Source: Anaeromyxobacter sp.
GTDB lineage: Bacteria > Myxococcota > Myxococcia > Myxococcales > Anaeromyxobacteraceae
NCBI GenBank assembly: GCA_049840735.1
Contig: JASGJN010000023.1
Coordinates: forward strand, 96,001-160,000
Reading direction: 5' to 3'
Length of the DNA: 64,000 nucleotides
The notes beneath the pieces are model-generated. The model had not been told where the DNA came from. It searched no databases and saw only the letters and a list, made by a program, of their open reading frames with translations. Positions 10,545-22,236 of the stretch are shown piece by piece; within the stretch, counting starts at the first letter, position 1, and each line of letters begins with the position of its first letter. The translations under genes and the position numbers were made by a program.

Positions 10545-10895
10545 ATGGCCATCGCCTGCGACGACCTCTTCGCCGCCTACAGCCACGGTTACCATCTCGG
10601 CGCCCAGGGCCTCGGGGGGTTCGAGGGGGCGCCGTCGATCCAGGCCTGGGCCGCCGAGCTCGGCCGTACCGATGCAGGCGCCCGCAGGCTGCACCGCTCG
10701 GCCACGCAGCTGGCGGCCTGGGCCGAGTGCTGCGAGGCCTACGCGCGGCGGGCGCGAGGGGAGTCCCGGGAGGCCTGCAGCAGTGAGCAGCCGCACGTCG
10801 TGTTCGCCGTCCACCTCGCGGAGCGCGACGCAGAGGCGGGGAGACTCCGCTCGCCCCTCGAGCTCGGCGCCGTGCTGCGGCAGCTCGGCGTGTGA
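10545..10895 (+). CDS. Hypothetical protein
   Basis: 116-aa ORF 28 bp after tatA with GGAG RBS; weak internal duplication. Confidence 0.55.
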   Translation: MAIACDDLFAAYSHGYHLGAQGLGGFEGAPSIQAWAAELGRTDAGARRLHRSATQLAAWAECCEAYARRARGESREACSSEQPHVVFAVHLAERDAEAGRLRSPLELGAVLRQLGV

Positions 10896-10898
10896 AGG

Positions 10899-11573
10899 TC
10901 ACGACTTCTCCCGCGGCCGGTGCGGCAACGGGCAGGAGCGGGCCCCGTGCTTCTCGTCCCACTGCTGGTGATATTCCTCGGCGATCCAGAACCGGCCGAT
11001 GGGGGCGATCTCGGTGGTGATGCGCTCGCGCAGCCGGGCCTGCTCGGCGTCGCGGGAGGCCAGCGCGGCGGCCTGCTGCCCGGCGCCGAAGGTGAAGATG
11101 GCCGAGCGGTACTGGTGGCCCATGTCAGGCCCCTGGCGGTCGCCGGAGGTTGGGTCGTGCGTCTCCCAGAAGACCTTCAGGAGGTCCGGGTAGCTGATCT
11201 TCGCGGGATCGAACTCGATCAGGACCGACTCGGCGTGGCGGGTCTCGTGCGCGCTGACGACGTCGTAGGTCGGGTCGGCCTCGGCCCCGCCCGTGTAGCC
11301 GACCGCGGTCGCCACCACCCCAGGCACGCGGCGGAACCGCTCCTCCACGCCCCAGAAGCACCCCTGGGCGAAGCTCGCCAGCGCGTGACCGGGCGCCGGA
11401 GCGAGCGACGTGCCGTGCCCCACGTTCCCCGGCCGCTTGCCGAGGCTGGGGTTTCCCACCTGCTCGCGCGGTCCGCCCGCCTGCGAGACGCGCGAGGTGG
11501 TCGCGAACAGGAAGAGTCCGCCGGCCAGCAAGGCCGCCAGGAGGAAGATCGGCTTCGGTCCGCTGCTGCTCAT
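10899..11573 (-). CDS. msrA: Peptide-methionine (S)-S-oxide reductase with N-terminal signal/anchor
   Basis: FAQGCFWGVE, VGYTGG, HAESV, FWETHDPT, RQGPDMGHQYRSAIF, AEEYHQQ. Confidence 0.93.
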   Translation of the reverse strand: MSSSGPKPIFLLAALLAGGLFLFATTSRVSQAGGPREQVGNPSLGKRPGNVGHGTSLAPAPGHALASFAQGCFWGVEERFRRVPGVVATAVGYTGGAEADPTYDVVSAHETRHAESVLIEFDPAKISYPDLLKVFWETHDPTSGDRQGPDMGHQYRSAIFTFGAGQQAAALASRDAEQARLRERITTEIAPIGRFWIAEEYHQQWDEKHGARSCPLPHRPREKS

Positions 11574-11734
11574 GGCACCACTCCTCTCTCCCGTTGGTCT
11601 CCGGCGCGCCGGCGACGTTACGGGTGCACCCTCCAGGCCGCGCCCGCGAGCGCGGTCCGCTGCGCGCCCTGGCGGGGAGCAGACGTAACGCCGTCCACCG
11701 GCCGGCGACAGAGGAACGAGCGATGGAGGTCCCC

Positions 11735-12190
11735 ATGTGGCGCCAGGCAAGACCCGCGGATGGAGAGGCCATCATCTCGATGTGCCTTGCCCTCCACGGC
11801 GAGGATCCGGGCATCGCGACGGTCCGGCCAGCGCAGGTCCGGGAGACGCTCGCCTTCCTGGAGCGCGAGCCGTCCCGGGGACGGACGCTGGTCGCGGAGG
11901 CGGACGGCCACATCGCCGGCTACGCCTTCCTGGTGAGGTTCTGGTCCAACGAGCTGGGCGGAGAGGTCTGCGAGGTGGACGAGCTCTTCGTCCGCGCAGG
12001 GCAGCGGGGCAACGGTCTGGGCTCGAGCCTCTTCGAGGCGATCGATGCCGGCCGCTTCGGCAGCTTCGTGGCCATCGCGCTGGGCGTCTCGCCCGCAAAT
12101 GGCCGGGCCCGCCGCCTCTACGAGCGGCTGGGGTTCCGCGCTGCGGGGACGACCATGGTCCGCCGCGGAGCGGGCCGGGAACCCTGCTGA
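11735..12190 (+). CDS. GNAT-family N-acetyltransferase
   Basis: VDELFVRAGQRGNGLG acetyl-CoA motif, NGRARRLYERLGF; GGAGG RBS. Confidence 0.88.
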   Translation: MWRQARPADGEAIISMCLALHGEDPGIATVRPAQVRETLAFLEREPSRGRTLVAEADGHIAGYAFLVRFWSNELGGEVCEVDELFVRAGQRGNGLGSSLFEAIDAGRFGSFVAIALGVSPANGRARRLYERLGFRAAGTTMVRRGAGREPC

Positions 12191-12280
12191 GCGGTTGACC
12201 ATCGGTGTTGCCGTGGCTTGGCCTGCCGGGGAGGGATGCGCTCAATCTGGCTGCCAGACCATGGTGCTAGCGTCCGCTCC

Positions 12281-12814
12281 ATGTGGACTCCCGACCAGAA
12301 CAAGCTCCTTAGGGTTCGCCTCCACTCGAACGGCGCGGACTCCGAGGTCGCGTGGGCGGAGGACGGCGGCCCCGCGCCCGGGCCCGCGGGTTCCCGGTTC
12401 GCGCGGATCGGGAACGTGCCCTTCTTCCACGACAAGCCGACCTACGAGGACGTGATCGTCGCCAGCCCAGATCGCGACGGCGTCCTCTCCTGGAATAGCA
12501 GAGGGCTGAGCCCTCAACGGATCTGCGACCGGCTCATCGAGGACTCCGGCCGCTGGGGGATGATCCTCGACTACGAGCTGCTGGAGCCGCGGGCTGCCGC
12601 CAGGCCGGCATTCGGTGCCCTGCACGACGCGGGTGAGCGGCTCGACATCGTGGTCGAGGGCTGCTTTGGGCCGAAGGACGGAGAGCCGGGGAGGGCGCGC
12701 CTGGCGGTGCCGGCGGGGCTCGGCGTGGAGCGGGTCCTGGAGTACCTCGCCAGCCAGGGGCTGCCGCTGCGCCTGGTGCTGGTGCATCCGGTGGGCGAGG
12801 CCGGCTCGGCGTAG
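12281..12814 (+). CDS. Hypothetical protein, DUF4265-like
   Basis: SEVAWA...IGNVPFF...YEDVI...DSG...LAVP pattern resembles DUF4265 (from memory); start uncertain. Confidence 0.55.
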   Translation: MWTPDQNKLLRVRLHSNGADSEVAWAEDGGPAPGPAGSRFARIGNVPFFHDKPTYEDVIVASPDRDGVLSWNSRGLSPQRICDRLIEDSGRWGMILDYELLEPRAAARPAFGALHDAGERLDIVVEGCFGPKDGEPGRARLAVPAGLGVERVLEYLASQGLPLRLVLVHPVGEAGSA

Positions 12815-12962
12815 CTGGGTGTCCAGGCTAGCCGGATCCGGGTGAGCTCCGTGCTTCGCCCCTCGGCCTCGCACGGCCCCGCCTCCTCGGAGTACCGCCG
12901 CGGGCGCGGATGGCCCTGGCTGGGCGCAAGCGCCGGAGGCCTCCGCCTGACATGTTCGGAGC

Positions 12963-13757
12963 ATGGACCTCGGACTGAAGGGGCGGCGGGCGCTGGTGAC
13001 CGGCTCGACCGCAGGGATCGGCTTCGCCACGGCGCGCGCGCTCGCGGCCGAGGGGGCCGACGTGATCGTCAACGGCCGTACCCAGGCGCGCGTGGACGCC
13101 GCGCTGGGGCTCCTGCGGGCCGAGCTCCCCGGCGCCCGGCTCTCCGGCGTGGCGGCCGACGTCGGGACGGCGGAGGGGTGCGAGCGCATCGTCGCGGCTG
13201 CTCCGGCGCTCGACGTGCTGGTGAACAACGCCGGGGTGTTCGCGCCCATCCCCTTCGAGCGGATCACCGACCAGGACTGGAAGGGCATCTTCGAGGTCAA
13301 CGTGCTGAGCGGGATCCGCCTGGCGCGCGCGTACGTGGGCGGCATGCGCGAGCGCGGCTGGGGGCGGATCGTCTTCGTGTCGAGCGAGTCGGCCCTGCAG
13401 ATCCCGGCGGAGATGATCCACTACGGGGTCACCAAGACCGCGCAGCTGGCGGTGGCGCGCGGGCTGGCGGAGTCGCTGGCCGGGACCGGCGTCACGGTGA
13501 ACAGCGTCCTCCCGGGCCCGACCCGCTCGGAAGGCGTGGGCGGGTTCATCGGGCAGCTGGCGCGGACCCGCGGCGTCGACGAGGCGGTGGTGGAGCGGGA
13601 GTTCTTCGAGACCGCTCGCCCCTCGTCGCTGCTGCGCCGCTTCGAGGAGCCGGACGAGATCGCCGCGATGATCGCGTACGTGTGCGGGGCTCCGGCCTCG
13701 GGGACCACGGGCGCGTCCCTGCGCGTGGACGGCGGGGTGGTGCGATCGATCGCCTGA
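12963..13757 (+). CDS. Short-chain dehydrogenase/reductase
   Basis: ALVTGSTAGIG, LVNNAG, YGVTK (YxxxK), VNSVLPGPT, LRVDGG. Confidence 0.95.
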   Translation: MDLGLKGRRALVTGSTAGIGFATARALAAEGADVIVNGRTQARVDAALGLLRAELPGARLSGVAADVGTAEGCERIVAAAPALDVLVNNAGVFAPIPFERITDQDWKGIFEVNVLSGIRLARAYVGGMRERGWGRIVFVSSESALQIPAEMIHYGVTKTAQLAVARGLAESLAGTGVTVNSVLPGPTRSEGVGGFIGQLARTRGVDEAVVEREFFETARPSSLLRRFEEPDEIAAMIAYVCGAPASGTTGASLRVDGGVVRSIA

Positions 13758-13784
13758 TCACCCCCGGCGTCTGCGAAGCCGGAG

Positions 13785-14074
13785 TCACCGGCACCGCTTG
13801 CTGAGCACCTGCGCCAGCATACGCAGCCGTGCCCGGACCTTCTCGTCGAGGTGGGCGCGGCCCAGCAGCTCCTCGAACTGGTCGACCTGGCGGCGCGCCG
13901 GCGCGGTGAAGACGTTGGTGCAGCGCCGCTCCCACGTCACCAGCGCCATGCTGGCGCGGCCTGCGATCGCCGGGTCGCTCGACCCGGCGAAGCGCAGCAA
14001 GAGGAGCCCGGCCACCCAGTGCTCGTGGCGTTGGGCCAGCTCGACCGCGGCCTCTCGCTCGCCTCCCCGCTCAC
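13785..14074 (-). CDS. Small hypothetical protein (possibly frameshifted near its start, or a fragment)
   Basis: 76-aa ORF 13785-14015 stays open upstream (EAAVELAQRHEHWVAGLLL); a GTG overlapping the receiver gene stop would be in frame with one added base. Confidence 0.3.
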
Positions 14075-14461
14075 CCGGCTGCCAGCCGCTTCCCGCCGCC
14101 CGTGCAGCAGGCCGAGACCAGCGAGGCGATCTCCTCCAGCGTGAAGGGCTTGCGGATGTGGCGCTCGACCAGGGGCGGCGCGAGGCCGCGATCCCCGGCG
14201 GACATGGAGACCACCACCAGCCTCCGCCCGCGCGCCTGGACGGCCCGGGCGAACTCCTCCCCGGTCATCCGCGGCATCATCGAGATCGAGCAACGTCAGG
14301 CAGGGCTGGAGGCCGCGCTCGAGGTGCTGCAGGGCCTCGAGGCCGTCCTGGGCGGTCACCACCGACACGCCCAGCTCGAGCAGCAGGTCCTCCATGATGG
14401 ACCGGATGCCCGGGTCGTCATCGACGACCAGGACGGTTCGTGAACACCCGCGCGAGCTCAT
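14071..14461 (-). pseudogene. Single-domain response regulator (receiver), frameshifted
   Basis: TVLVVDDDPGIR...CLTLLDL, then one extra base at ~14281, then MMPRMTG...RKPF in another frame; may be a sequencing error. Confidence 0.8.
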
Positions 14462-14702
14462 GCGGCGCAGATTTGCAACCACCGCGCCAGCATGCGTGGA
14501 CAGGAGCGCGCGGGGAGCCCAGCGACGGGCCCTTTCGGCGATCCGGTATGTGGCCGTTCCGAAGAGCGAAAATCGCTGGCCTGGCGCGTCGCCCCGATGT
14601 GGTGAACTCCGGGAGGTGTCCTCGCGGAGCCCGCGTTGCATCCGGGACCGAGACACCCGCGTCCGGCTCCCGGAAGGTGCTCCAGGCGGGCGAGCAGGCG
14701 AG

Positions 14703-16985
14703 TCAGGCCACCAGCGGCGCATCCAGCATGGCGCGGATGCGCTCGAGGACCGTGCGCGGGTGGAGCGGCTTGCTCAGGAGCTGGATCCCGGGGGCGGTCA
14801 GGCGCAGCTCGTCCACGAGGTCGGCGGAGTAGCCGCTCATGAACAGGATGCGGAGCTGCGGGTCCCGGCGCCGCAGCTCCTCCAGCAGCCGGGAGCCGTT
14901 CATGCGCGGCATGATCACGTCGCTCAGCACCAGATCGATGCGGCTCCGCTCCTCGTCGTAGACGAGCAGCGCCTGCTCCCCGTCGGTCGCCTCGAGCACG
15001 CGGTAGCCGTGGCTCGCGAGCAGCCGCCGGACCACGCGGCGAACGGCGGGCTCGTCCTCCACCAGCAGCACGGTCTCGCTGCCGCCCAGCGCTGCGGCCG
15101 CGGCGCCGCTGGCCGCCGGCTGCGCCGCCTCGCCCTGGGCCAGCGGAAACCAGATCCTGAAGGTCGTGCCGCGGCCCACCTCGCTGTGGACCGCGATCCC
15201 GCCCCCGTGCTGCTGGACGGTGGCGTACGCGATGGCCAGCCCCAGCCCCGTGCCGCGCCCCACCGGCTTGGTGGTGAAGAACGGCTCGAAGATCCGCTGG
15301 CGGACGTCGTCGTCCATCCCTTGCCCGCTGTCCGAGACGGTCAGCAGGGCGTAGGCCCCGGGGCCGGCCAGGTGGTGCTGGCTGGCCTGGGCCTGGTCGA
15401 GGTGGGTGAGCGCGGTCTCGAAGCGCAGCGTGCCGCCCTCGGGCATGGCGTCCCGGGCGTTGGCCGCGAGGTTCATGAGCAGCTGCTCCACCATGAGCCG
15501 GTCCGCCAGGACGCGCAGCGGCTCCTCCTCCAGCCGGCACGAGACGCGCACCGTCTCCCCGATGAGGCGCTGGATCATGCGCTGGAGGTCGCTGACGATG
15601 GCGCCCAGATCGACGGGGGCGGCCTCGAGGACGTGCTTGCGGCTGAACGTGAGCAGGCCGTGCGTCAGGTCCGCCGCGCGCTCGCCGGCGCGCAGGAGCT
15701 CGGTCACGCACTCGCGGCCGTTGCCCGAGAGCCCGGCCTCGGCCTCGATCTCGTGGGCGCAGCCGAGGATCGCGGTCAGGATGTTGTTGAAGTCGTGGGC
15801 GATGCCACCGGCGAGCTGTCCCACGGTCTCCATCTTCTGCGACTGCAGGAGCTGCTGCTCGAGCCGCTTGCGGTCGGTGATGTCGGCGATGGTCACCAGG
15901 GCGTGGCGCGCCTCCAGCTCGACCGGCACGGCGCCCAGCTCCAGCCAGTGGTCGCTGCTCTTCCCGGCGCGCGGGAAGGTGGCGCGCAGCTCCCGCCCCC
16001 GCACGGCCTCCCCGCGCTCCCGCGCCTGCTCCACCGCCTGGCCCAGCTCGCACCCGGCGCAGCCCGCGACCCCTGCCGCGGGCCCCGGGTGCGTGCAGCC
16101 GAGCAGCACCGGCGCGAACCGCCCCTCGATCTCCGCGCGGGTCAGCCCGGAGAGCGCCAGGGCCGCCTGGTTCACGCCGACCACGGTGCGATCGGGGCCG
16201 ACCAGCAGCAAGCCGACGCGGATGGAGTCGAAGACGGCCTGCAGGTGCCCGCGCTGGTGCTCCACCGCGTCCGCGTGCGCACGGACCCTGGCGGCCATGG
16301 CCCCGAAGGCCTGCGCCAGCGAGCCGACCTCCTCGGCCCCGCTGGCCGGAGGGGCGCCCACCCCGAGCTCGCCCTCGTTCGACGACTCGACCCAGCTCCT
16401 GAGGCGGCCGAGCGGGCGCACGATGAAGGCCTGCACCGCCAGGAAGAGCACCAGGGCCAGCGCCACCGACAGGACGAGCAGCTTGAGGAGCGCGCCGACC
16501 ACCACCTGCCGGCGCTCGCGCAGCAGCCCGGCGTCGGTCATGTACACCGCCACGGTGCCGATGACCTCGGTCCCCTGGGACACCGGCGCCGAGAAGATGT
16601 GCTCGGCGGGGCGCGCCAGCCCGGCCACCTCGCGCGAGCGGGGGCCGATCGGCTGCGGCGTGCCGCCGGCGTCCTCGATGAACCCGACGTAGACCTCACC
16701 GGTCTCGTCACGCACCACCACCGCGTCCACGTCCGGGGCGATGACCGTGGTCCGCGTGACCGACTCGACCCCGGCTCGATCGAGGTGCCAGAGCGGGTAC
16801 GCCACCGCCTGCTGCAGGCGCTCGGCGGCGGCGCGACCTTCCGCTTCCAGGGAGCGCTCCCCCGCGAGCCACCGCTGGCGCACCTCGACCACGGTGGCCA
16901 CGCCGAGGACCGCGCCGACGGTGGCGAGCACCACGGCCAGGAGCCGGGTCGAGGTCCGCGACCAGCCCCAGGACCGGGGGGTCAC
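14703..16985 (-). CDS. Hybrid sensor histidine kinase (TM-periplasmic-HAMP-PAS-HisKA-HATPase-REC)
   Basis: QSQKMETVGQLAGGIAHDFNN, NARDAM, EPFFTTK, GTGLGL, VLLVEDE...DVIMP...KP; start uncertain. Confidence 0.92.
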   Translation of the reverse strand: MTPRSWGWSRTSTRLLAVVLATVGAVLGVATVVEVRQRWLAGERSLEAEGRAAAERLQQAVAYPLWHLDRAGVESVTRTTVIAPDVDAVVVRDETGEVYVGFIEDAGGTPQPIGPRSREVAGLARPAEHIFSAPVSQGTEVIGTVAVYMTDAGLLRERRQVVVGALLKLLVLSVALALVLFLAVQAFIVRPLGRLRSWVESSNEGELGVGAPPASGAEEVGSLAQAFGAMAARVRAHADAVEHQRGHLQAVFDSIRVGLLLVGPDRTVVGVNQAALALSGLTRAEIEGRFAPVLLGCTHPGPAAGVAGCAGCELGQAVEQARERGEAVRGRELRATFPRAGKSSDHWLELGAVPVELEARHALVTIADITDRKRLEQQLLQSQKMETVGQLAGGIAHDFNNILTAILGCAHEIEAEAGLSGNGRECVTELLRAGERAADLTHGLLTFSRKHVLEAAPVDLGAIVSDLQRMIQRLIGETVRVSCRLEEEPLRVLADRLMVEQLLMNLAANARDAMPEGGTLRFETALTHLDQAQASQHHLAGPGAYALLTVSDSGQGMDDDVRQRIFEPFFTTKPVGRGTGLGLAIAYATVQQHGGGIAVHSEVGRGTTFRIWFPLAQGEAAQPAASGAAAAALGGSETVLLVEDEPAVRRVVRRLLASHGYRVLEATDGEQALLVYDEERSRIDLVLSDVIMPRMNGSRLLEELRRRDPQLRILFMSGYSADLVDELRLTAPGIQLLSKPLHPRTVLERIRAMLDAPLVA

Positions 16986-17239
16986 CCGACCCCCTGCCGC
17001 CGGCGGGTCGCGGCTCCCTGACGTGCTCGAAGGCAGCTGGACTCGATCCCGATGCGCATGTTCGTCGCTCGCCGGATCTCCTTCGACCCCAGGGGTGACG
17101 GCCCAGATCCTTGTTCCCTGCAGGGGTGGGGCGGGCCGCGCCATCGTCCATTGGGGGCCCGACGATGGTCGTCGCCTCCGGCCACCCCAGCCAGGGCGAC
17201 GACGTGGCCAAGGGGGATGGAGGGCCGCGTGTCCAAGGT

Positions 17240-18070
17240 CTACCGGAAGGCCTTCCCCGCGGCTCCCCGCTTCGCGGCCAGGCGTTCGGTCCAGCGCTGC
17301 GCGATCCGCTGCAGCGCCCCGCTGGCCTCGAGCCTCCGGTAGCCCTCTTCATAGCGCTCGAGCCAGGCGCGACCCCGCGGGTGGCCGAGGCTGAAGCCGA
17401 TGGTGCCGGACTCATGACCGCACCTGAAGGCCCACCGGACCCGGGCCTCCACGCCGGCGTCCCTGGCCTTCTGATCCGTGGGCTCGAGGTCGTTCGTGAC
17501 CACGATGGCCGCCTGGATCCGGCCGCTGGCGAGCCGCTTGAGGTTCAGGTAGTCGCTGTTGGACGGCTCGAACTTGGCGCCGGCCTTCGCCAGGGCGGCG
17601 ATCTCCGCGGGGTACTCGTAGTCCAGGACGGTGCCCACCACCGCGCCGGGCGGCAGGCTGCAGGTGCCTGCCGGCGGTCGGGGCAGCGGTCGGTCGGGGC
17701 TCTCGAAGACGTCCACGTTGAGCAGGATGAGCGGCGCCTTGGCCAGCGCCACCCGCCCCTTGAACTCGGGGACCCAGGTCATGCTCACGCAGGCCGCGAT
17801 GCTGCCGTCGAGCACCGCGCGCTTGCACCTGGCGTACGGCACCACCCGCAGCGCCACCCCGACGTTCGCCTCGCGAAAGGCAGCGGTCACGACGTCGTTG
17901 GCGTAGCCGGTGCCGTCGGGGCCGGACCACGGCGCCGCTGCGTCTTCCACCATGATCTCCACCGTGCCCTCCGCGGCCGGCGCCCGCGCCGGCAGGAGGG
18001 CGCCGCCGAGCAACAGGGCGGAGGCCACGACCTGGATCCTGCCTGCGGCGATGCAGCGGTGACGGCGCAC
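17240..18070 (-). CDS. Periplasmic solute-binding protein (family 3-like)
   Basis: EDAAAPWS, GYANDVV, VPYARC, VGTVLDYEY, NLKRLASGRI; signal-like N-terminus; GGGAGG RBS. Confidence 0.8.
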   Translation of the reverse strand: MRRHRCIAAGRIQVVASALLLGGALLPARAPAAEGTVEIMVEDAAAPWSGPDGTGYANDVVTAAFREANVGVALRVVPYARCKRAVLDGSIAACVSMTWVPEFKGRVALAKAPLILLNVDVFESPDRPLPRPPAGTCSLPPGAVVGTVLDYEYPAEIAALAKAGAKFEPSNSDYLNLKRLASGRIQAAIVVTNDLEPTDQKARDAGVEARVRWAFRCGHESGTIGFSLGHPRGRAWLERYEEGYRRLEASGALQRIAQRWTERLAAKRGAAGKAFR

Positions 18071-18405
18071 GACGCCTCCCAGTTGAACGGCGGTCTCCTC
18101 GGCGCGCTGTCGACGGCGGGCGGCCCGGTTTGCTTCAACTCGAGATGCGCGCGCGCCGGGACGGTAGGCCGCAGGACTCGGAAGCGACGCTTGTGTCTCT
18201 CTTGAGGCCGGGTCTTGGTCTACCTGGGGCGCAGGGCCGCGCAAGGGGGAACACGGGGTGCCCAGTCAGGTGCACGATTCCGCGGAACCCTGCGCCGCCA
18301 GGCTAGAATCCGCCGCGGAGGGGTTCACCAGGTGAGAGCGCACAGTCAGGGGCGGGCCGGGCGAGCAGGGGATGGAAGCGGCGTCGTGGCCGCGGAGGCC
18401 CGGCC

Positions 18406-20408
<2,003 letters not shown>

Positions 20409-20439
20409 CGGCGTCGCCGCACGGGAGCGGTGGCCTGGC

Positions 20440-20544
20440 CTTCGACTCCGCCCCGCCCGCGGCGGAGCTACGCTCAGGCCGACCGGGCTCGTCCACCCCG
20501 TTCGCGCTGAGCGTAGCGAGCCCGCAGGGCTCGCGGAGTCGAAG
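20440..20544. repeat. REP/REPIN-like nested palindromic element between convergent genes
   Basis: CTTCGACTCCGC(20440)/GCGGAGTCGAAG(20533) and GCTACGCTCAG(20467)/CTGAGCGTAGC(20507) inverted pairs plus two small internal hairpins. Confidence 0.75.
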
Positions 20545-20557
20545 CGCAGGACCGCCG

Positions 20558-21298
20558 TCAGTTCGTCGACAGCCTGGCCAGGTCGTCCGCGGCCAGCGGG
20601 AAGTCGCTCTCCCTGGCCAGCACGTCCTGGAGCTTCGCCACCGCCGTGGCCTTGTCGTTGCGGTCCTTGGCGTCCAGCGCCTGCGAGTAGGTGAGCGCGG
20701 TGGCGGTGTCGAGCTTCCGGGGCGGCTTCCTGGCCCTGGCCTTCTGCACGGCCGGCGCCGCCGGCGCGCCCGCGGCGCCGGCCGGCGCGGGCGGGAGGGG
20801 CGGCAGCCGCGTGGCCAGGAAGCCGGCCAGCCCGCTGCTCAGCTTCTGCTCCACCGCCAGGAAGTCGCCGGGCGGGCCGCTGGCGTTGAGCGCGTAGAGC
20901 ACGCGGCCGGTCTCGGTCTCCACCAGGCGCGACGAGGCCGAGAGGCCGGCGCCGAGCTGGAAGTAGGAGCCGAACACCAGGTAGCGGGCCCCGAGCAGCT
21001 TGCCCACGCGCACGGCGGTGGACGGGTCGATCCGGCTGGTGTGCTGCAGGTCCAGCTCGGCCAGCACCTCCTGCAGCCGGTCGCGCTCGACCACCGTCAC
21101 CTGCTCCAGGCCCACCAGGTCGGCGCTGATCATCTGCGCCAGCCCCTTGCGCAGCACGGCCAGCTGCTCGTCCGGCCCCTGGTAGTCGAAGTAGAGCACC
21201 GCCACCGTGGGCAGCGCCGGCGCGGGCGCCGCCGCGGCCCGGGCCGCGGCCAGCAGCAGCGCCGCACAGCACCCCAGCCTCGCTCCGGACACGCTCAT
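20558..21298 (-). CDS. CsgG/HfaB-family secreted protein with C-terminal helical (TPR-like) tail
   Basis: Signal peptide; TVAVLYFD...VVERDRLQEVLAELDL...TAVRVGKLLGARYLVFGSY...RLVETETG. Confidence 0.8.
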   Translation of the reverse strand: MSVSGARLGCCAALLLAAARAAAAPAPALPTVAVLYFDYQGPDEQLAVLRKGLAQMISADLVGLEQVTVVERDRLQEVLAELDLQHTSRIDPSTAVRVGKLLGARYLVFGSYFQLGAGLSASSRLVETETGRVLYALNASGPPGDFLAVEQKLSSGLAGFLATRLPPLPPAPAGAAGAPAAPAVQKARARKPPRKLDTATALTYSQALDAKDRNDKATAVAKLQDVLARESDFPLAADDLARLSTN

Positions 21299-22236
21299 CC
21301 CTCGCCCCCCTGCAGGACCACGATGTCTCCGGGCTGGACGGGCTGGTCCGCGGTGAGCCGGAGCACGCGCGCCTTCGAGAGCGCCGCCTCCACGCCGTCC
21401 ACCTCGGCCTCGCCCAGCACCACCTTCTCCCAGCCCAGCTGCTTCTTCGTCACCGGGTGGATGAGCCGCCTCGTGGGCCGGACGATCACCAGCCGCTGCT
21501 TCACGCGGAGGTCGCGCTCCGAGCCGATGTCCGTCACGAGCCGGTCGCCGTCCACCGAGACGACGTAGCCCACCACCAGCGCGCTCCGCGACAGCTTCTC
21601 GCTGAGCGTCAGCACGGCGGCCGTGGCCGCCTTGACGTACTCCGCCTCGGGGTTGCGCAGCCCGCTGATGACCGTGCCGTGCGCGTCGGTCACCACCTTG
21701 GCCTCGGCGCGCCCGCTGGCGTTCTCGGTGAAGACGAACCTGCCGGTGCTGGTCTCGATGGCGCGGGACTCCACCCGCACCTCGGTGACCACCAGGTCGT
21801 AGGCGAACTTGTCCACCTTCTCCTGCGACGCCGCCGCCACGCTGCCGAAGACCACGAGCTGCGCGCCCACCAGCTTCCCGATGCGCGCCGCGGTGGACAC
21901 GTCCACCTTGCCGGACTGTCCCAGCTGCTGCTCGGCCAGGATCTGGTCGAGCTTGGCGCGCTCCACCAGCTCGAAGCGGCCGCTCTTGAACAGGGCGGAG
22001 GCCAGGATGTCGGCCGCGTGGAGCTGGCCGACCTGCTCCATGCCCTCGCCGAAGCTGAAGGGCAGCACCGCCAGCGTCTGGCGGGTGCTGGCGCCGTCGG
22101 CGGCCAGGTCGAAGTAGCGGTCGTCCCAGTCGCGCGGGAGCGTCACGGGCTGGGCCGCCCAGGCGCCCGCGGCCGCCAGCGCCAGCAGGCAGGCCAGCAG
22201 GGCGCGGACGCAGGACGCCAGGGCGGAGCGGCTCAC
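21295..22236 (-). CDS. CsgG/HfaB-family protein with FlgT-like C-terminal beta domain
   Basis: LAVLPF...GRFELVERAKLDQILAEQQLGQSGKVD...IGKLVGAQLVVFGSV; C-terminal DIGSERDLRV...IHPVTKKQLG...GDIV; GTG start overlaps the upstream stop. Confidence 0.8.
   Translation of the reverse strand: MSRSALASCVRALLACLLALAAAGAWAAQPVTLPRDWDDRYFDLAADGASTRQTLAVLPFSFGEGMEQVGQLHAADILASALFKSGRFELVERAKLDQILAEQQLGQSGKVDVSTAARIGKLVGAQLVVFGSVAAASQEKVDKFAYDLVVTEVRVESRAIETSTGRFVFTENASGRAEAKVVTDAHGTVISGLRNPEAEYVKAATAAVLTLSEKLSRSALVVGYVVSVDGDRLVTDIGSERDLRVKQRLVIVRPTRRLIHPVTKKQLGWEKVVLGEAEVDGVEAALSKARVLRLTADQPVQPGDIVVLQGGEG

Noticed and set aside
10899..11573. Selenocysteine recoding in msrA or in the broken genes
   Set aside because: MsrA has a normal Cys (GCFW); the breaks elsewhere are frame changes, not in-frame TGA codons
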